Shown here: positions 21,201 through 28,631 of the stretch, in pieces
Position numbering within the stretch: position 1 is the stretch's first letter
How the letters are laid out: every line of letters starts with the position of its first letter
Source of the DNA: Dehalococcoidia bacterium
GTDB taxonomy: Bacteria; Chloroflexota; Dehalococcoidia; Lucifugimonadales; UBA3495
Length of the DNA stretch: 64,000 bases
Assembly (NCBI GenBank): GCA_963422765.1
Contig: OY730490.1
Coordinates: 1,613,861-1,677,860 of the forward strand
Direction: 5' to 3'
Translations under genes and position numbers: made by a program
Notes under the pieces: model-generated
Told to the model about the DNA's origin: nothing
Database searches by the model: none
Seen by the model: the letters and a program-made list of their open reading frames with translations, nothing else

Positions 21201-21655
21201 CTTCTCACCAGTTCCGGCGACACCTCAAAGAACTTGGCCGCCAGGGTGCTGGACTTCCAGGTGCCTTTATACAGGCTGCGGCCCAAGCCGGCCCAGCGAG
21301 GGATGTACTGAGGCCGCAGGTTGGGGACTATGGCCACGCTGGACTTGAAAAAAGCCACGGCCAGTGTGGGCGAATCCTGGGCCAGGTAGGTGCCGCAACG
21401 GGCCCACTGCATGAAAGACGGGAAGGAGAGGAAACGGCACACATGGGGGCTGACCTTGTAATACTCGATGGCCGCTTCCCAAGAGCGAATGGTCTGGGAG
21501 CCTATGGAAACTCCCTCTTTGGCCCAGAGGCCAACCTCGTCTGGCCCAAAGGCTCCGCTGACGGGACCAACTGCCTCTTGATAGGCTTCCAGTACCGCAG
21601 GGGGGAGCTTGGCGAGTTCCTGTTCTATTTCCGGTGTCGAAGCGCTACTCGTCAA
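18284..21655 (-). CDS. Large NorD/CbbO-like protein with C-terminal von Willebrand factor A domain
   Basis: 1123 aa. VVFLLDMSASTAE (DxSxS MIDAS) in the C-terminal VWA domain, and a NorD-like STHQVSHLEFGSFEF segment. It also has a long acidic linker and a repeated (A/L)xxFFKxS helical motif in the N-terminal third. The TTG start overlaps the Nudix TGA (TTGA). Confidence 0.7.
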   Translation of the reverse strand: MTSSASTPEIEQELAKLPPAVLEAYQEAVGPVSGAFGPDEVGLWAKEGVSIGSQTIRSWEAAIEYYKVSPHVCRFLSFPSFMQWARCGTYLAQDSPTLAVAFFKSSVAIVPNLRPQYIPRWAGLGRSLYKGTWKSSTLAAKFFEVSPELVRSLPFWDVEVFASLIEALSYKSYDVASECLTLGKDVLPGMGREREPFLAMTRALIDTSWREVKTCLELVPRALQHVDEAQTGRFLKLGERLAKVGLRDTSRFLADGTQALGRVPQGNQGYILDLCDQLVAVTPEAVPPFLRSLDSVLTRITVSQLDTWYQHGMRLLQDNPESGIAFFKIESNTSESMLETLSSSLELDRVKGILRLYCRALSGAGVEIMNTKELVRRNIGWVDEDTASTDGSKVFLPPVVDHYTSKQDNFSWFKVVSTHQVSHLEFGSFEFLFDKPATQFEGRRHAMEEELNSKRAEEQAARQAMIELAREMAGGEAEVEVTFTEVGPNGGGPMPDSPGSMRAYTDIGRFLALFENGKLAFDLFTVLEDCRLDYRIKVEYPGISRASSRVQTETLERRPQIEQMPLQQAMVELLIHMSLEQFGGLPVPEEYEEVAVMLSRVLHQLRTAEANVEDTAEATLRAYEIISRLPNQQEEEDQWDEQDLEEPGEFNEEEFQDLIDRLQADMDQRSESQEGDESYESPEPVDYRGDFKPEMVQLLTRLQADSGEQGEAQPMTQEMLEQLLQDSDELELDAEQGDITDAMTTFAQNIMKEAGAPPPNSQPGQGYGPLLNDDEQGGELEAREPQTFLYDEWDFRANDYKPRWCIVKEKTVEEGDINFYQDALKNYQSLSNHIRRQFELIMPESMRKTYRLVDGEDLDLNATLEAWVDLKMNIPPDDKIYWHRNRNRRDVAVVFLLDMSASTAEAIDEGRQTVDDRDAPDDPVEYMVWLRRRREGLVRRNYKRIIDLEKESTALLVQALESIGDTYGIYGFSGYGRENVEFYVIKDIGENFGDKVKRRIDKITPLHATRMGAAIRHAITKLENQDAHTKIMFLVSDGRPQDRGYSREGVEKEYAVHDTHMALVEARQKSITPFCLTVDKAGHDYLKSMCGDMGYEVLGEIWSLPERLPMLYRELTARRFVRR

Positions 21656-22221
21656 TTCTGACCCTCGCTTTCCAGCCCGTCCTCCAATAGTTGCAGGAAT
21701 TGCTGGAGGATTCTCGCGGTTGCGCCAAAAACCAGGTGCTTGCCGTGGGCATAAGAGTAAACGGTGGAAGGCACGCCTTCCTGCCAGTGCGTTTCAAACC
21801 TTACGCTGGCCGGGCTTCGCAACGCGGCAACCGGGAATTCCACGATTTCCGCGATTTCGCCGGGGCTGGGGTGAAACTCATACGGATGACTGATGCTCCC
21901 AACGAACACCCGGACCCGGAACCGAGACCGGGTTGCTACCTCGTCCATCTCGCCCAGGACGTTTATGTCGTCCCGCTGGATACCCATCTCTTCCTCGGTT
22001 TCCCGAAGAGCGGTATCCAGAGGGTTGTGGTCTTCAGGGTCTGTTGCGCCGCCGGGGAAGGATATCTCCCCCTTGTGGTGCTCGACTTCTTGGGAACGTT
22101 TATTCAGCAGAACGCAGTATTCGCCGTCCTTGGGGTAGAGCAGCACCATGACGGCTGCAGGCATCAGGTCATCCCCGGACACTCTGCCGGTGGGCCGGTG
22201 GGCCAGCGCCCGCTTGATCAA
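21652..22221 (-). CDS. Nudix hydrolase, CoA pyrophosphatase type
   Basis: Nudix box GGATDPEDHNPLDTALRETEEEMGI preceded by the CoAse-type motif LLNKRSQEVEHHKGEISFPGG. Confidence 0.7.
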   Translation of the reverse strand: MIKRALAHRPTGRVSGDDLMPAAVMVLLYPKDGEYCVLLNKRSQEVEHHKGEISFPGGATDPEDHNPLDTALRETEEEMGIQRDDINVLGEMDEVATRSRFRVRVFVGSISHPYEFHPSPGEIAEIVEFPVAALRSPASVRFETHWQEGVPSTVYSYAHGKHLVFGATARILQQFLQLLEDGLESEGQN

Positions 22222-22279
22222 TTCCGGCGGCGTCAGGACTGTTTACGCTCCAACCCCAAGATGCGCTACTCCATGATAT

Positions 22280-23197
22280 CTACTCGAAGATGGAAGAGGC
22301 CACTTCCTCGAGGCTGCGCTGCAACTCCGGTTCGTCGGTCAGCGTCCAGACGATAGCAACCTGGCAGGCGCGGCGGGCGGAAATGCCCTCGGACATCAGC
22401 CGGCCAGCGTAGATGAGCAACCTGGTGCTGGCTCCTTCCTGCAATCCGTGGTCTTCCAGATTGCGAATCTTCTCGCCCAGCTTAGCCAGCGCGTCGGCCT
22501 GCTCGGGGGTGCAACCGGCTTCCTGCTCGATTATCTCCCGCTCGATTTCCCGGGGCGGGTAATAGAACTCGATGGAGATGAAACGCTGTCGCGTGCTGTG
22601 CTTCAGGTCTTTCAAGGCGCTCTGGTAGCCGGGGTTGTAGGAGATGCAGAGCAGGAACCGGTCATCGGCCTCGATGATGGAGCCGGTCTTCTCCACCGGA
22701 AGGATGCGGCGGTGGTCGGTGAGAGGGTGAATCAGCACCGTAGTATCCTTGCGGGCTTCCACCACCTCGTCGAGGTACAGAATGGCCCCGGCCTTGACGG
22801 CGCGGGTCATGGGGCCGTCAATCCAGCGAGTGCCCTCAGCGTCGAGCAGATAGCGGCCAACTAGGTCGCTGGCGGTCAGGTCTTCGTGACAGGCGATGGT
22901 TACCAGCGGAACGCGCACCTCGCCTTCCCGCACTTCCTGTATCTCCCCGCCGCCTTTCTCCTGTTCCTGAATGACGGTCAGGGGGCGGCCCAGCTTCCAG
23001 GCCATGTATTCCACGAACCGGGTCTTTCCGCATCCCGTCGGCCCCTTGAGCAACACCGGAATGTGCTGTTGGTAAGCCGCGGCAAACAGCTCCATTTCAT
23101 CGCCCACGGGACGGTAGTACGGTTCGGCCCGAACCAGAAACTCCTCAATCGCGTACTCGCTGTAGTGTTGTACTTCCTGCTCTGCGGCTTCTACCAT
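22280..23197 (-). CDS. CbbQ/NirQ/NorQ-family AAA+ (MoxR-class) ATPase
   Basis: Walker A GPTGCGKT, Walker B ILYLDEV, and ACHEDLTASDLVGRYLL typical of CbbQ/NorQ. Length is 305 aa. Confidence 0.8.
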   Translation of the reverse strand: MVEAAEQEVQHYSEYAIEEFLVRAEPYYRPVGDEMELFAAAYQQHIPVLLKGPTGCGKTRFVEYMAWKLGRPLTVIQEQEKGGGEIQEVREGEVRVPLVTIACHEDLTASDLVGRYLLDAEGTRWIDGPMTRAVKAGAILYLDEVVEARKDTTVLIHPLTDHRRILPVEKTGSIIEADDRFLLCISYNPGYQSALKDLKHSTRQRFISIEFYYPPREIEREIIEQEAGCTPEQADALAKLGEKIRNLEDHGLQEGASTRLLIYAGRLMSEGISARRACQVAIVWTLTDEPELQRSLEEVASSIFE

Positions 23198-23808
23198 TAT
23201 GTTTGCTCAATCCTTTCTTTGACTCTGGTCGCCCACAACTGATCAATCGCCTTTCGCATAGCGGCGGCGTCTCCCGAGTTGTCAATGACAATATCAGCCC
23301 GGCCCAGCCGGTCATTGCGGCTCATCTGCGAAGCGAGCCGCTTACGGGCTTCCTCCTCGCTCATACCATTGCGCTGCGCGAGACGATGGATCACTGCTTC
23401 TTCTGAAGCATCGGTGACCCATACCTCCTGGACCAGGGAATTCCAGCCGGCTTCATAAAGAAGCGCGGCTTCCACTACCACCACATCCACGCCTTCGGCT
23501 TGCAGTCCTTCGATTTTTTCCTGGACCATACGCGCCATCAGGGGGTGCATAATGCCGTTGAGCCGGGTCAGTTGCTCCGGGTCGGAGAAAACGATGGCCC
23601 CCAAGCTGCGCCGGTCAATTTCCCCGTTGGGCTGAAGGATTCCTTCTCCGAAGGCCTCCACCACCTTGCGCCACGCTTCCGCGTTTGGCTTGTAGGCTTC
23701 ATGCCCCACCACGTCGGCGTCAATCAGGGCAGCCCCCAAAGAAACCATGTGGCGGGCGGCTTCGCTTTTGCCGGTCCCGATTCCGCCGGTCAGCCCGATA
23801 ACTAACAT
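23197..23808 (-). CDS. coaE: Dephospho-CoA kinase
   Basis: MLVIGLTGGIGTGKS P-loop start. 203 aa. The stop overlaps the cbbQ-like ATG by 1 nt. Confidence 0.85.
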   Translation of the reverse strand: MLVIGLTGGIGTGKSEAARHMVSLGAALIDADVVGHEAYKPNAEAWRKVVEAFGEGILQPNGEIDRRSLGAIVFSDPEQLTRLNGIMHPLMARMVQEKIEGLQAEGVDVVVVEAALLYEAGWNSLVQEVWVTDASEEAVIHRLAQRNGMSEEEARKRLASQMSRNDRLGRADIVIDNSGDAAAMRKAIDQLWATRVKERIEQT

Positions 23809-23884
23809 AGATCCCCGGAATTACCCTTTCTGCCGACACAAAAGAAGCTGAGCCCTCAGCCGGAAAAAGGGCGCAACAGGCTTC

Positions 23885-23913
23885 ATTCTAACAACCACCC
23901 CCAATATGGTCAA
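23885..23913 (-). promoter_or_regulatory. Sigma-70-like promoter of the coaE operon
   Basis: On the - strand: TTGACC, 17-nt spacer, TAGAAT, about 77 nt upstream of the coaE ATG. Confidence 0.45.
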
Positions 23914-24068
23914 CTTGAAAGCAAAAAGCAGAAAGAATCGCAAAAGTCTCGTTATTCCCGGTGTCGGGGGAAATGGCAGATGAATGCTGCTGCGGTCAAC
24001 TGGCGGCTCCAACACATTTTGAGGATACTGAATCAGGGACATAGGGACGCGCTCTTGGGTTTCGCCAA

Positions 24069-24824
24069 TTAGCCACGGACGTTTATCGGCCCCCACCGGC
24101 ATTCCCAGGTTTTCTGAAGTTCCCGGAACATTCGCCCATATTCATCCGTGTGGATGGGGGAAGTGGTCATTATCACTGCGTCTTCGCGGTTGTCTGAGTA
24201 ATAGCCCTTGCGGATGCCTACCGACTTGAAACTGTATTTTTCATATAGACGCTGAGCGATGAAGTTGGAAACCCGGGCTTCAAGGGTCATAACTTGGGAG
24301 CCGTATGTCACTGCCTCCCGAAGGGAACCGATGAGCAGCAACTCCCCGATGCCGTTGCCTCGCAACGTCTCACGCACTGCAATTTCCACGATGTGCGCTT
24401 CGTCGCCCTGATACCAAACGCTCACGTAGCCGGCGATGGCGTAGTCTTCCCTCGCATTTTCCGCAGAGTCGTCTCCGCCTAATCCCAATCGCCCGGCCAA
24501 GCGGGACAGCCAAGACCGCGGGGCCTCGGCAGTTTCGTGCGGCGGGGGCGGCTCGAAGTCGCCCGGTTCAATACAGGCTACGAGGTAACAGGCCCGCTTG
24601 TTGTTCAGATCACGCTTGAAAGGCGAACTTACCCACACAGGCGAGAACGCCTCCTGCTCAATTTCAACAACCTCGGTTATGTCTTCTTTCTGTAAACGGC
24701 GCAGATACACTGGGACTTGCTGCGACAAACCGGGCTTTCCCGTATACGTCAGCACGCCGCCCGATACAAGCGGCTTGCTAGGATTGCCTGAATTGTAGCA
24801 TATAGAGACACAGGCCGCTCCCAT
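24069..24824 (-). CDS. rimI: GNAT acetyltransferase, RimI-like (start uncertain)
   Basis: GNAT core ...VEIAVRETLRGNGIGELLL... and ARVSNFIAQRLYEKYSFK. The track ORF extends to 25214, but that extension looks non-coding. The ATG at 24824 is tentative. Confidence 0.6.
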   Translation of the reverse strand: MGAACVSICYNSGNPSKPLVSGGVLTYTGKPGLSQQVPVYLRRLQKEDITEVVEIEQEAFSPVWVSSPFKRDLNNKRACYLVACIEPGDFEPPPPHETAEAPRSWLSRLAGRLGLGGDDSAENAREDYAIAGYVSVWYQGDEAHIVEIAVRETLRGNGIGELLLIGSLREAVTYGSQVMTLEARVSNFIAQRLYEKYSFKSVGIRKGYYSDNREDAVIMTTSPIHTDEYGRMFRELQKTWECRWGPINVRG

Positions 24825-24998
24825 GCTAACGCCGCAACTACAGGACAACCCTGACACAAACAGGCAATTTCGGAACACCGCCGGGACGAAGTTCGTCAGG
24901 AGATGACGACCACGTTGGCTGCTATCGTGAGCAACACGGCAAACCGGGGTCAAGGCTAGAATCAAGGCGAAGTCATACGCGCCCGGAGTCAAATCATA

Positions 24999-25040
24999 GA
25001 AGGCCACTGCATGGAATGGGGAAGGCCACTGCATAGAATG
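24999..25040. repeat. Two 20-nt direct repeats with 22-nt period
   Basis: GAAGGCCACTGCATGGAATG at 24999-25018 and GAAGGCCACTGCATAGAATG at 25021-25040 (19/20 identical), between the endoQ-like and rimI-like genes. Confidence 0.85.
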
Positions 25041-25140
25041 AGCCGCTGCGGAACGGCGCAACAATGGCAGCGGGGGCAATGACTCTTTGTTTATCAGAGT
25101 GCCCATATCCGTCAGGGAACCCATAAATGAAGTCTTCCAG

Positions 25141-26421
25141 TCAAAGCAGCGCCGCCTGCTGCCCGTCACCATCCGCCTCGGACCAGACCCGCACCGCGCC
25201 GTACTGACCGTCAAAGCCCGGCTCGGCCACTACTTTTCCGGTGCGGGCCCTCAGGATAGCTTCAGCCACCTTGTCCCCGGCCACCTGACGCAAATCCGCA
25301 GCATCCGCCCAAGCCAGCGCCGCCAGTTCGTTGCCAAGCTCGGCGCACAGCCTCTGGTAGACTTTTGCCACGGCCTTGCTGCGCCGGCCCACGCCCAGAG
25401 TCTCCGCCAGCAGTTCCTCCAAGGGAACCAGCCGCAGGAAAGGCGGGCGTTCATTTAGCGGACGAATGAATCCGTCCGCGCCAGGCCCCACCGCGTAGCT
25501 TTCTCCTTCGCAGGATCCGGAAGACAGCGAGCGCACCCGGTGCAGCACTCCCAAAGTCAGCGGACGCTCACACACCGGACAGCGTCCGTTGCCCTGCGCG
25601 GCAGTTTCCAGAGGAGACTGCCTCAACCCGCAGTTACGGTGTCCGTTGAAGTGATATTTACCCTCTTCGGGATAAAACTCCACGGTATAGGCTACTGCGT
25701 TACGTTCCACAGCTTCCTTGAGACACCCATACGTAGGCTCGCCTCTGAATACGGTGACTTCCCGCCCCAAGTTGGGCAGCGAATGGGCGTCGGAAAAGGA
25801 GAGGATGGCCCGGTCTTCTAACCCGGGAATTTCCCAATTCATGGCCGGATCGCTGGAAAGCCCGGTTTCCACTGCGCGAATCTGCGGCGTCGACTCCCCG
25901 AAGCATTCTTCCAGGCTATCGAAGCCTGACACCGAACCCAGCAAACCGTACCAGGGCGTCCAGAGATGAGCGGGTATCACCATCGCCCCGGGGTCAACGT
26001 CCAGCGCGAGGAACGCCAGTTCCGCCGCCGAGAGTCCAACCGACGGGCGCCCGTCGCCTTCCAGCTTGACGCCCCGCCGGGAAAGTTCCGCGTTGAACCG
26101 CTTTACCCCTTCCAGCGACGGCATAAACAGCAACAAGTGAAGCCGCCGGGCTTTGCCGCCCTGCCGGTAAACGCAGCTAACCTCCGTGCCTAAAACGAAG
26201 TTGACGCCACCATACTCAAAAGTTCCATCGCCTATCGGAGTGAGGTTTGATTCCAACTCCGCCAACCACGCGGGGTGCGTGAAGTCGCCGGTTGCCAGCA
26301 GCCCGATGCCCTTGGTTTTCGCCGCGGCCGCCAGGTTTGGTAGCGTGAGGTTCCTGCTGCACGCATAGGCGTAGCGGGAATGGATGTGGAGGTCGGCGAC
26401 AAATTCGTGCTGGACGTTCAT
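25141..26421 (-). CDS. PHP-domain protein resembling endonuclease Q (TIGR00375-like)
   Basis: N-terminal DLHIHSRYAYACSR PHP motif, GDFTHPAW, and a CxxC zinc-finger-like element CPVCERPLTLGVLHRV. Length is 426 aa. The assignment is from memory of EndoQ architecture. Confidence 0.55.
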   Translation of the reverse strand: MNVQHEFVADLHIHSRYAYACSRNLTLPNLAAAAKTKGIGLLATGDFTHPAWLAELESNLTPIGDGTFEYGGVNFVLGTEVSCVYRQGGKARRLHLLLFMPSLEGVKRFNAELSRRGVKLEGDGRPSVGLSAAELAFLALDVDPGAMVIPAHLWTPWYGLLGSVSGFDSLEECFGESTPQIRAVETGLSSDPAMNWEIPGLEDRAILSFSDAHSLPNLGREVTVFRGEPTYGCLKEAVERNAVAYTVEFYPEEGKYHFNGHRNCGLRQSPLETAAQGNGRCPVCERPLTLGVLHRVRSLSSGSCEGESYAVGPGADGFIRPLNERPPFLRLVPLEELLAETLGVGRRSKAVAKVYQRLCAELGNELAALAWADAADLRQVAGDKVAEAILRARTGKVVAEPGFDGQYGAVRVWSEADGDGQQAALL

Positions 26422-26571
26422 CTTGGGAGTCTACCACAAGGCAAAACCGCCGGGCTGATCACCACGGCGGCCTTTCCTAGCCGCCGTTCCACTCGCATTA
26501 GGCGGAATGCGGCCACAAAGAACAAAATGATTATTGGCATATCCCGCCTCATGAATGTCTGTCTCCCAAAA

Positions 26572-26612
26572 GCATTGATGGCATCTTCGCTGGATGAAGA
26601 TGCCATCAATGC
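26572..26612 (-). terminator. Rho-independent terminator of the secreted-protein/mini-TM operon
   Basis: Perfect 17-bp stem (GCATTGATGGCATCTTC / GAAGATGCCATCAATGC) with a 7-nt loop, followed by TTTT on the - strand. Confidence 0.7.
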
Positions 26613-26712
26613 GGCGCTTCGAATTTTCGGGGCTTCGGTCTTAGGGCGCCGGGCAATGATTCAGGCCAACGGCAACCGGGCTGTCCTCTATCTGATTAGA
26701 ACAGGTATCTGA

Positions 26713-26904
26713 TTAAAACAGGTTGGTGGACACCGGGACGGAAAACAGTCCCGCCAGCAGATAGAGCGCCCCTAGTCCAATACTCCAGTATCCCAACCAC
26801 CTGAGCAACGGATGCTCCCCCTTAAAGACCAGCAGCATCCCCAAGGACGCAGGTATGGCGGCAGTGATGACTGTTTCCGCGATTCCCACAATTGTGAATG
26901 CCAT
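26713..26904 (-). CDS. 63-aa two-TM mini-protein (paralogue of 28091-28405)
   Basis: RBS GGGAGGTAATAGAG before the ATG. It shares LLRxxGxWSIGLGALxLLxG with the paralogue. Confidence 0.6.
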   Translation of the reverse strand: MAFTIVGIAETVITAAIPASLGMLLVFKGEHPLLRWLGYWSIGLGALYLLAGLFSVPVSTNLF

Positions 26905-26951
26905 CTCTATTACCTCCCGTCTTGGAGTCTAGGCAATTCCCAAGGCGCTGG

Positions 26952-27605
26952 TCAGTGAGTGGCCGACGCAATGTATGTCCCATCACCGTATTGCCGCTTC
27001 GTGATCGACGGATATTTGTGAGTGTGGCAATCGGAGCCGTCGCATATCCTGAAATGGCCTTGGACGTAGTCCCAGTGTTCCCACTGGTTCTTTCCGCCGC
27101 CTGAGCTTTGATTGATATTGCCTACATACTCCCATCCTGGCCAGTGCACCGTCCCGCGAATGCGGATTTCGGGGGCAGAGGTGATTCGGGAGCCATCCCA
27201 ACACCATCTCGTGTCAGAGTGGAACTTGAACATATCCACGTTGACAAAGAAGATGCGTTCTTCCCAAACATAGATTAATTTCTGCGTCGCGCAATTAACG
27301 GCACCGGAATCCGCTTGGCCAAAACCTTCATGTTCACTGGGAAGGAAATTGGTCTCCAATGTTACTTCCAACCTGCCATTACCCCTTTCGGACACAAATT
27401 TCTGAACTGCTTGGCGCTCTGCCGGGCTCAGTTGATTAAGCGCCTCTTCCCGGTCTCCGGCCTGAGCTATCTCTGCTGCAATACCTTCGACCACCTCCGG
27501 GTCGTCAAGGTCGGGTGGGGGTTCCTGAGCCTGCACACCTCCTGCGACGGCGAATAACAGGGCCGCCAGCGCCAGGATAACCGTGAGTTTGATTCTGGCT
27601 GTCAT
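26952..27605 (-). CDS. Secreted Cys-containing protein of unknown family (intact paralogue)
   Basis: Signal peptide [37 protein letters not shown]. Shares the motifs CAT, WCWDG and PGW with the copy at 29341-30143. Confidence 0.65.
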   Translation of the reverse strand: MTARIKLTVILALAALLFAVAGGVQAQEPPPDLDDPEVVEGIAAEIAQAGDREEALNQLSPAERQAVQKFVSERGNGRLEVTLETNFLPSEHEGFGQADSGAVNCATQKLIYVWEERIFFVNVDMFKFHSDTRWCWDGSRITSAPEIRIRGTVHWPGWEYVGNINQSSGGGKNQWEHWDYVQGHFRICDGSDCHTHKYPSITKRQYGDGTYIASATH

Positions 27606-27682
27606 GGTTCACACCCCCTTGCGCTCTGCCTCCATTCGGCGGATTTGGCCTTTCCGCTTTAGCCTGGAGAGCTGATACATCA

Positions 27683-27711
27683 TTTATATCAATAAAAACT
27701 ATCACTGTCAA
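27683..27711 (-). promoter_or_regulatory. Strong sigma-70-like promoter (module copy A)
   Basis: On the - strand: TTGACA, 17-nt spacer, TATAAA. Conserved at 30221-30249. Confidence 0.55.
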
Positions 27712-27714
27712 CGT

Positions 27715-27730
27715 TGTGAAAACAATCACG
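27715..27730. promoter_or_regulatory. CRP/FNR-type palindrome TGTGA-N6-TCACG abutting the -35 (copy A)
   Basis: TGTGAAAACAATCACG. The identical sequence is at 30253-30268. Confidence 0.35.
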
Positions 27731-27843
27731 ATATTATGTATTCATAAATAGATGTTGCAGGCTCCTCCAGTCTTAGGCCCGGAAAACCGGCGCTACGAAC
27801 CGGCGAACCAGCCTATAAAAGCGGATCCCTCAGTTGAGGCATC

Positions 27844-27890
27844 CCGCTGCTTACCCGGCTTGGCCGCTTGGATTAAGTGGCGAGGCATGG
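27844..27890. repeat. 47-nt dispersed repeat R, copy 1
   Basis: CCGCTGCTTACCCGGCTTGGCCGCTTGGATTAAGTGGCGAGGCATGG, 46/47 identical to 28632-28678. Confidence 0.9.
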
Positions 27891-27938
27891 AATCGTAATC
27901 TGTTACGCTAGTAGAATCCCTTGTCCCCGCTGGTCGGA

Positions 27939-28094
27939 TTACCAGACAGGCTTCCGGCTCTTCCAGTAACGGTAGCCGCCATACGCCGCAAACGCCGCAG
28001 CCGCCAAGTTTGGCAGCGTGCGGTTCTTGCTCCAGGCATAGGCGCAGCGGGAATGGATGTGGAGGCCGGCGACAAATTCCTGTTGGGCGTTCAT
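27939..28094 (-). pseudogene. Duplicated 5' fragment of the endonuclease-Q-like gene (51-codon remnant)
   Basis: It encodes MNAQQEFVAGLHIHSRCAYAWSKNRTLPNLAAAA..., compared with MNVQHEFVADLHIHSRYAYACSRNLTLPNLAAAA at 26421. The upstream hairpin region is also duplicated (to about 28145). Confidence 0.8.
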
Positions 28095-28405
28095 CCCGCG
28101 AGTCTGACACAAGGCAAAACCGCCGGGTTTGCAAACCCGGCGGCATAGCGGAAAGCGGGTGAGGAGGCCGGAACGCCCGATAACCCTGTCAGTTTCTCAT
28201 CCTTGAGCCGCCTCGAAGGGCGCAGGCAGTAGCAGCAGCCAACGAGGAATCCCAAGAGCAAGACCAGAGCGCCCAGACCAATACTCCAGAAGCCCATCGA
28301 GCGAAGGAGCGGGGAGTATGCTTTGGCGACTAGCACTCCGCCGGCGGAGGCTGGCGCTACTGCGATGATGATCACTACAGCGAACCAGGTGAACGTCTCT
28401 GCCAT
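28091..28405 (-). CDS. Two-TM mini-protein paralogue with C-terminal extension (104 aa)
   Basis: The ATG at 28405 is preceded by AAGGAGGTGATTAAA. The core is homologous to 26713-26904. The reading frame runs on into duplicated non-homologous sequence and ends in an ATGA overlap with the endoQ fragment. Confidence 0.55.
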   Translation of the reverse strand: MAETFTWFAVVIIIAVAPASAGGVLVAKAYSPLLRSMGFWSIGLGALVLLLGFLVGCCYCLRPSRRLKDEKLTGLSGVPASSPAFRYAAGFANPAVLPCVRLAG

Positions 28406-28491
28406 TTTAATCACCTCCTTGTCTTGAGGTCTGCCGGTTTCTAGGGATTCAATCACGGGGCGCTCTGTCCGTCCTCTGTTGTTCTTGGTCT

Positions 28492-28617
28492 CTACTGGCC
28501 ACTCAAAATCCAACTGGAAGTCCCATCTGCATACTGGTACTTCGTTACCGACGGGTACTTGTGATATGCGCAGGCACTCGTGAATGGCAGGCAGAGCTTG
28601 AAGTGACCTTCGACGGG
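28492..28617 (-). pseudogene. C-terminal remnant of a third secreted-protein paralogue fused to the leader
   Basis: It translates to PVEGHFKLCLPFTSACAYHKYPSVTKYQYADGTSSWILSGQ*, which aligns with VQGHFRICDGSDCHTHKYPSITKRQYGDGTY of 26952-27605. No start codon or signal peptide is present. Confidence 0.7.
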
Positions 28618-28631
28618 CGGACTTGGCCTTT

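Noticed and set aside
24825-25214. 130-residue N-terminal extension of the rimI-like ORF, overlapping the 3' end of the endoQ-like gene.
   Set aside because: The extension has no GNAT homology and has Cys/Arg/Ser-rich composition. It contains the 20-nt direct repeats and overlaps the upstream gene's end. It is treated as intergenic.
27793-28146. 117-aa ORF, and the 108-aa ORF at 28545-28871, covering repeat R and the endoQ fragment.
   Set aside because: They run through dispersed repeats and pseudogene fragments in non-homologous frames. Their shared MPRHLIQA.KPGKQR segment simply reflects translation of repeat R.
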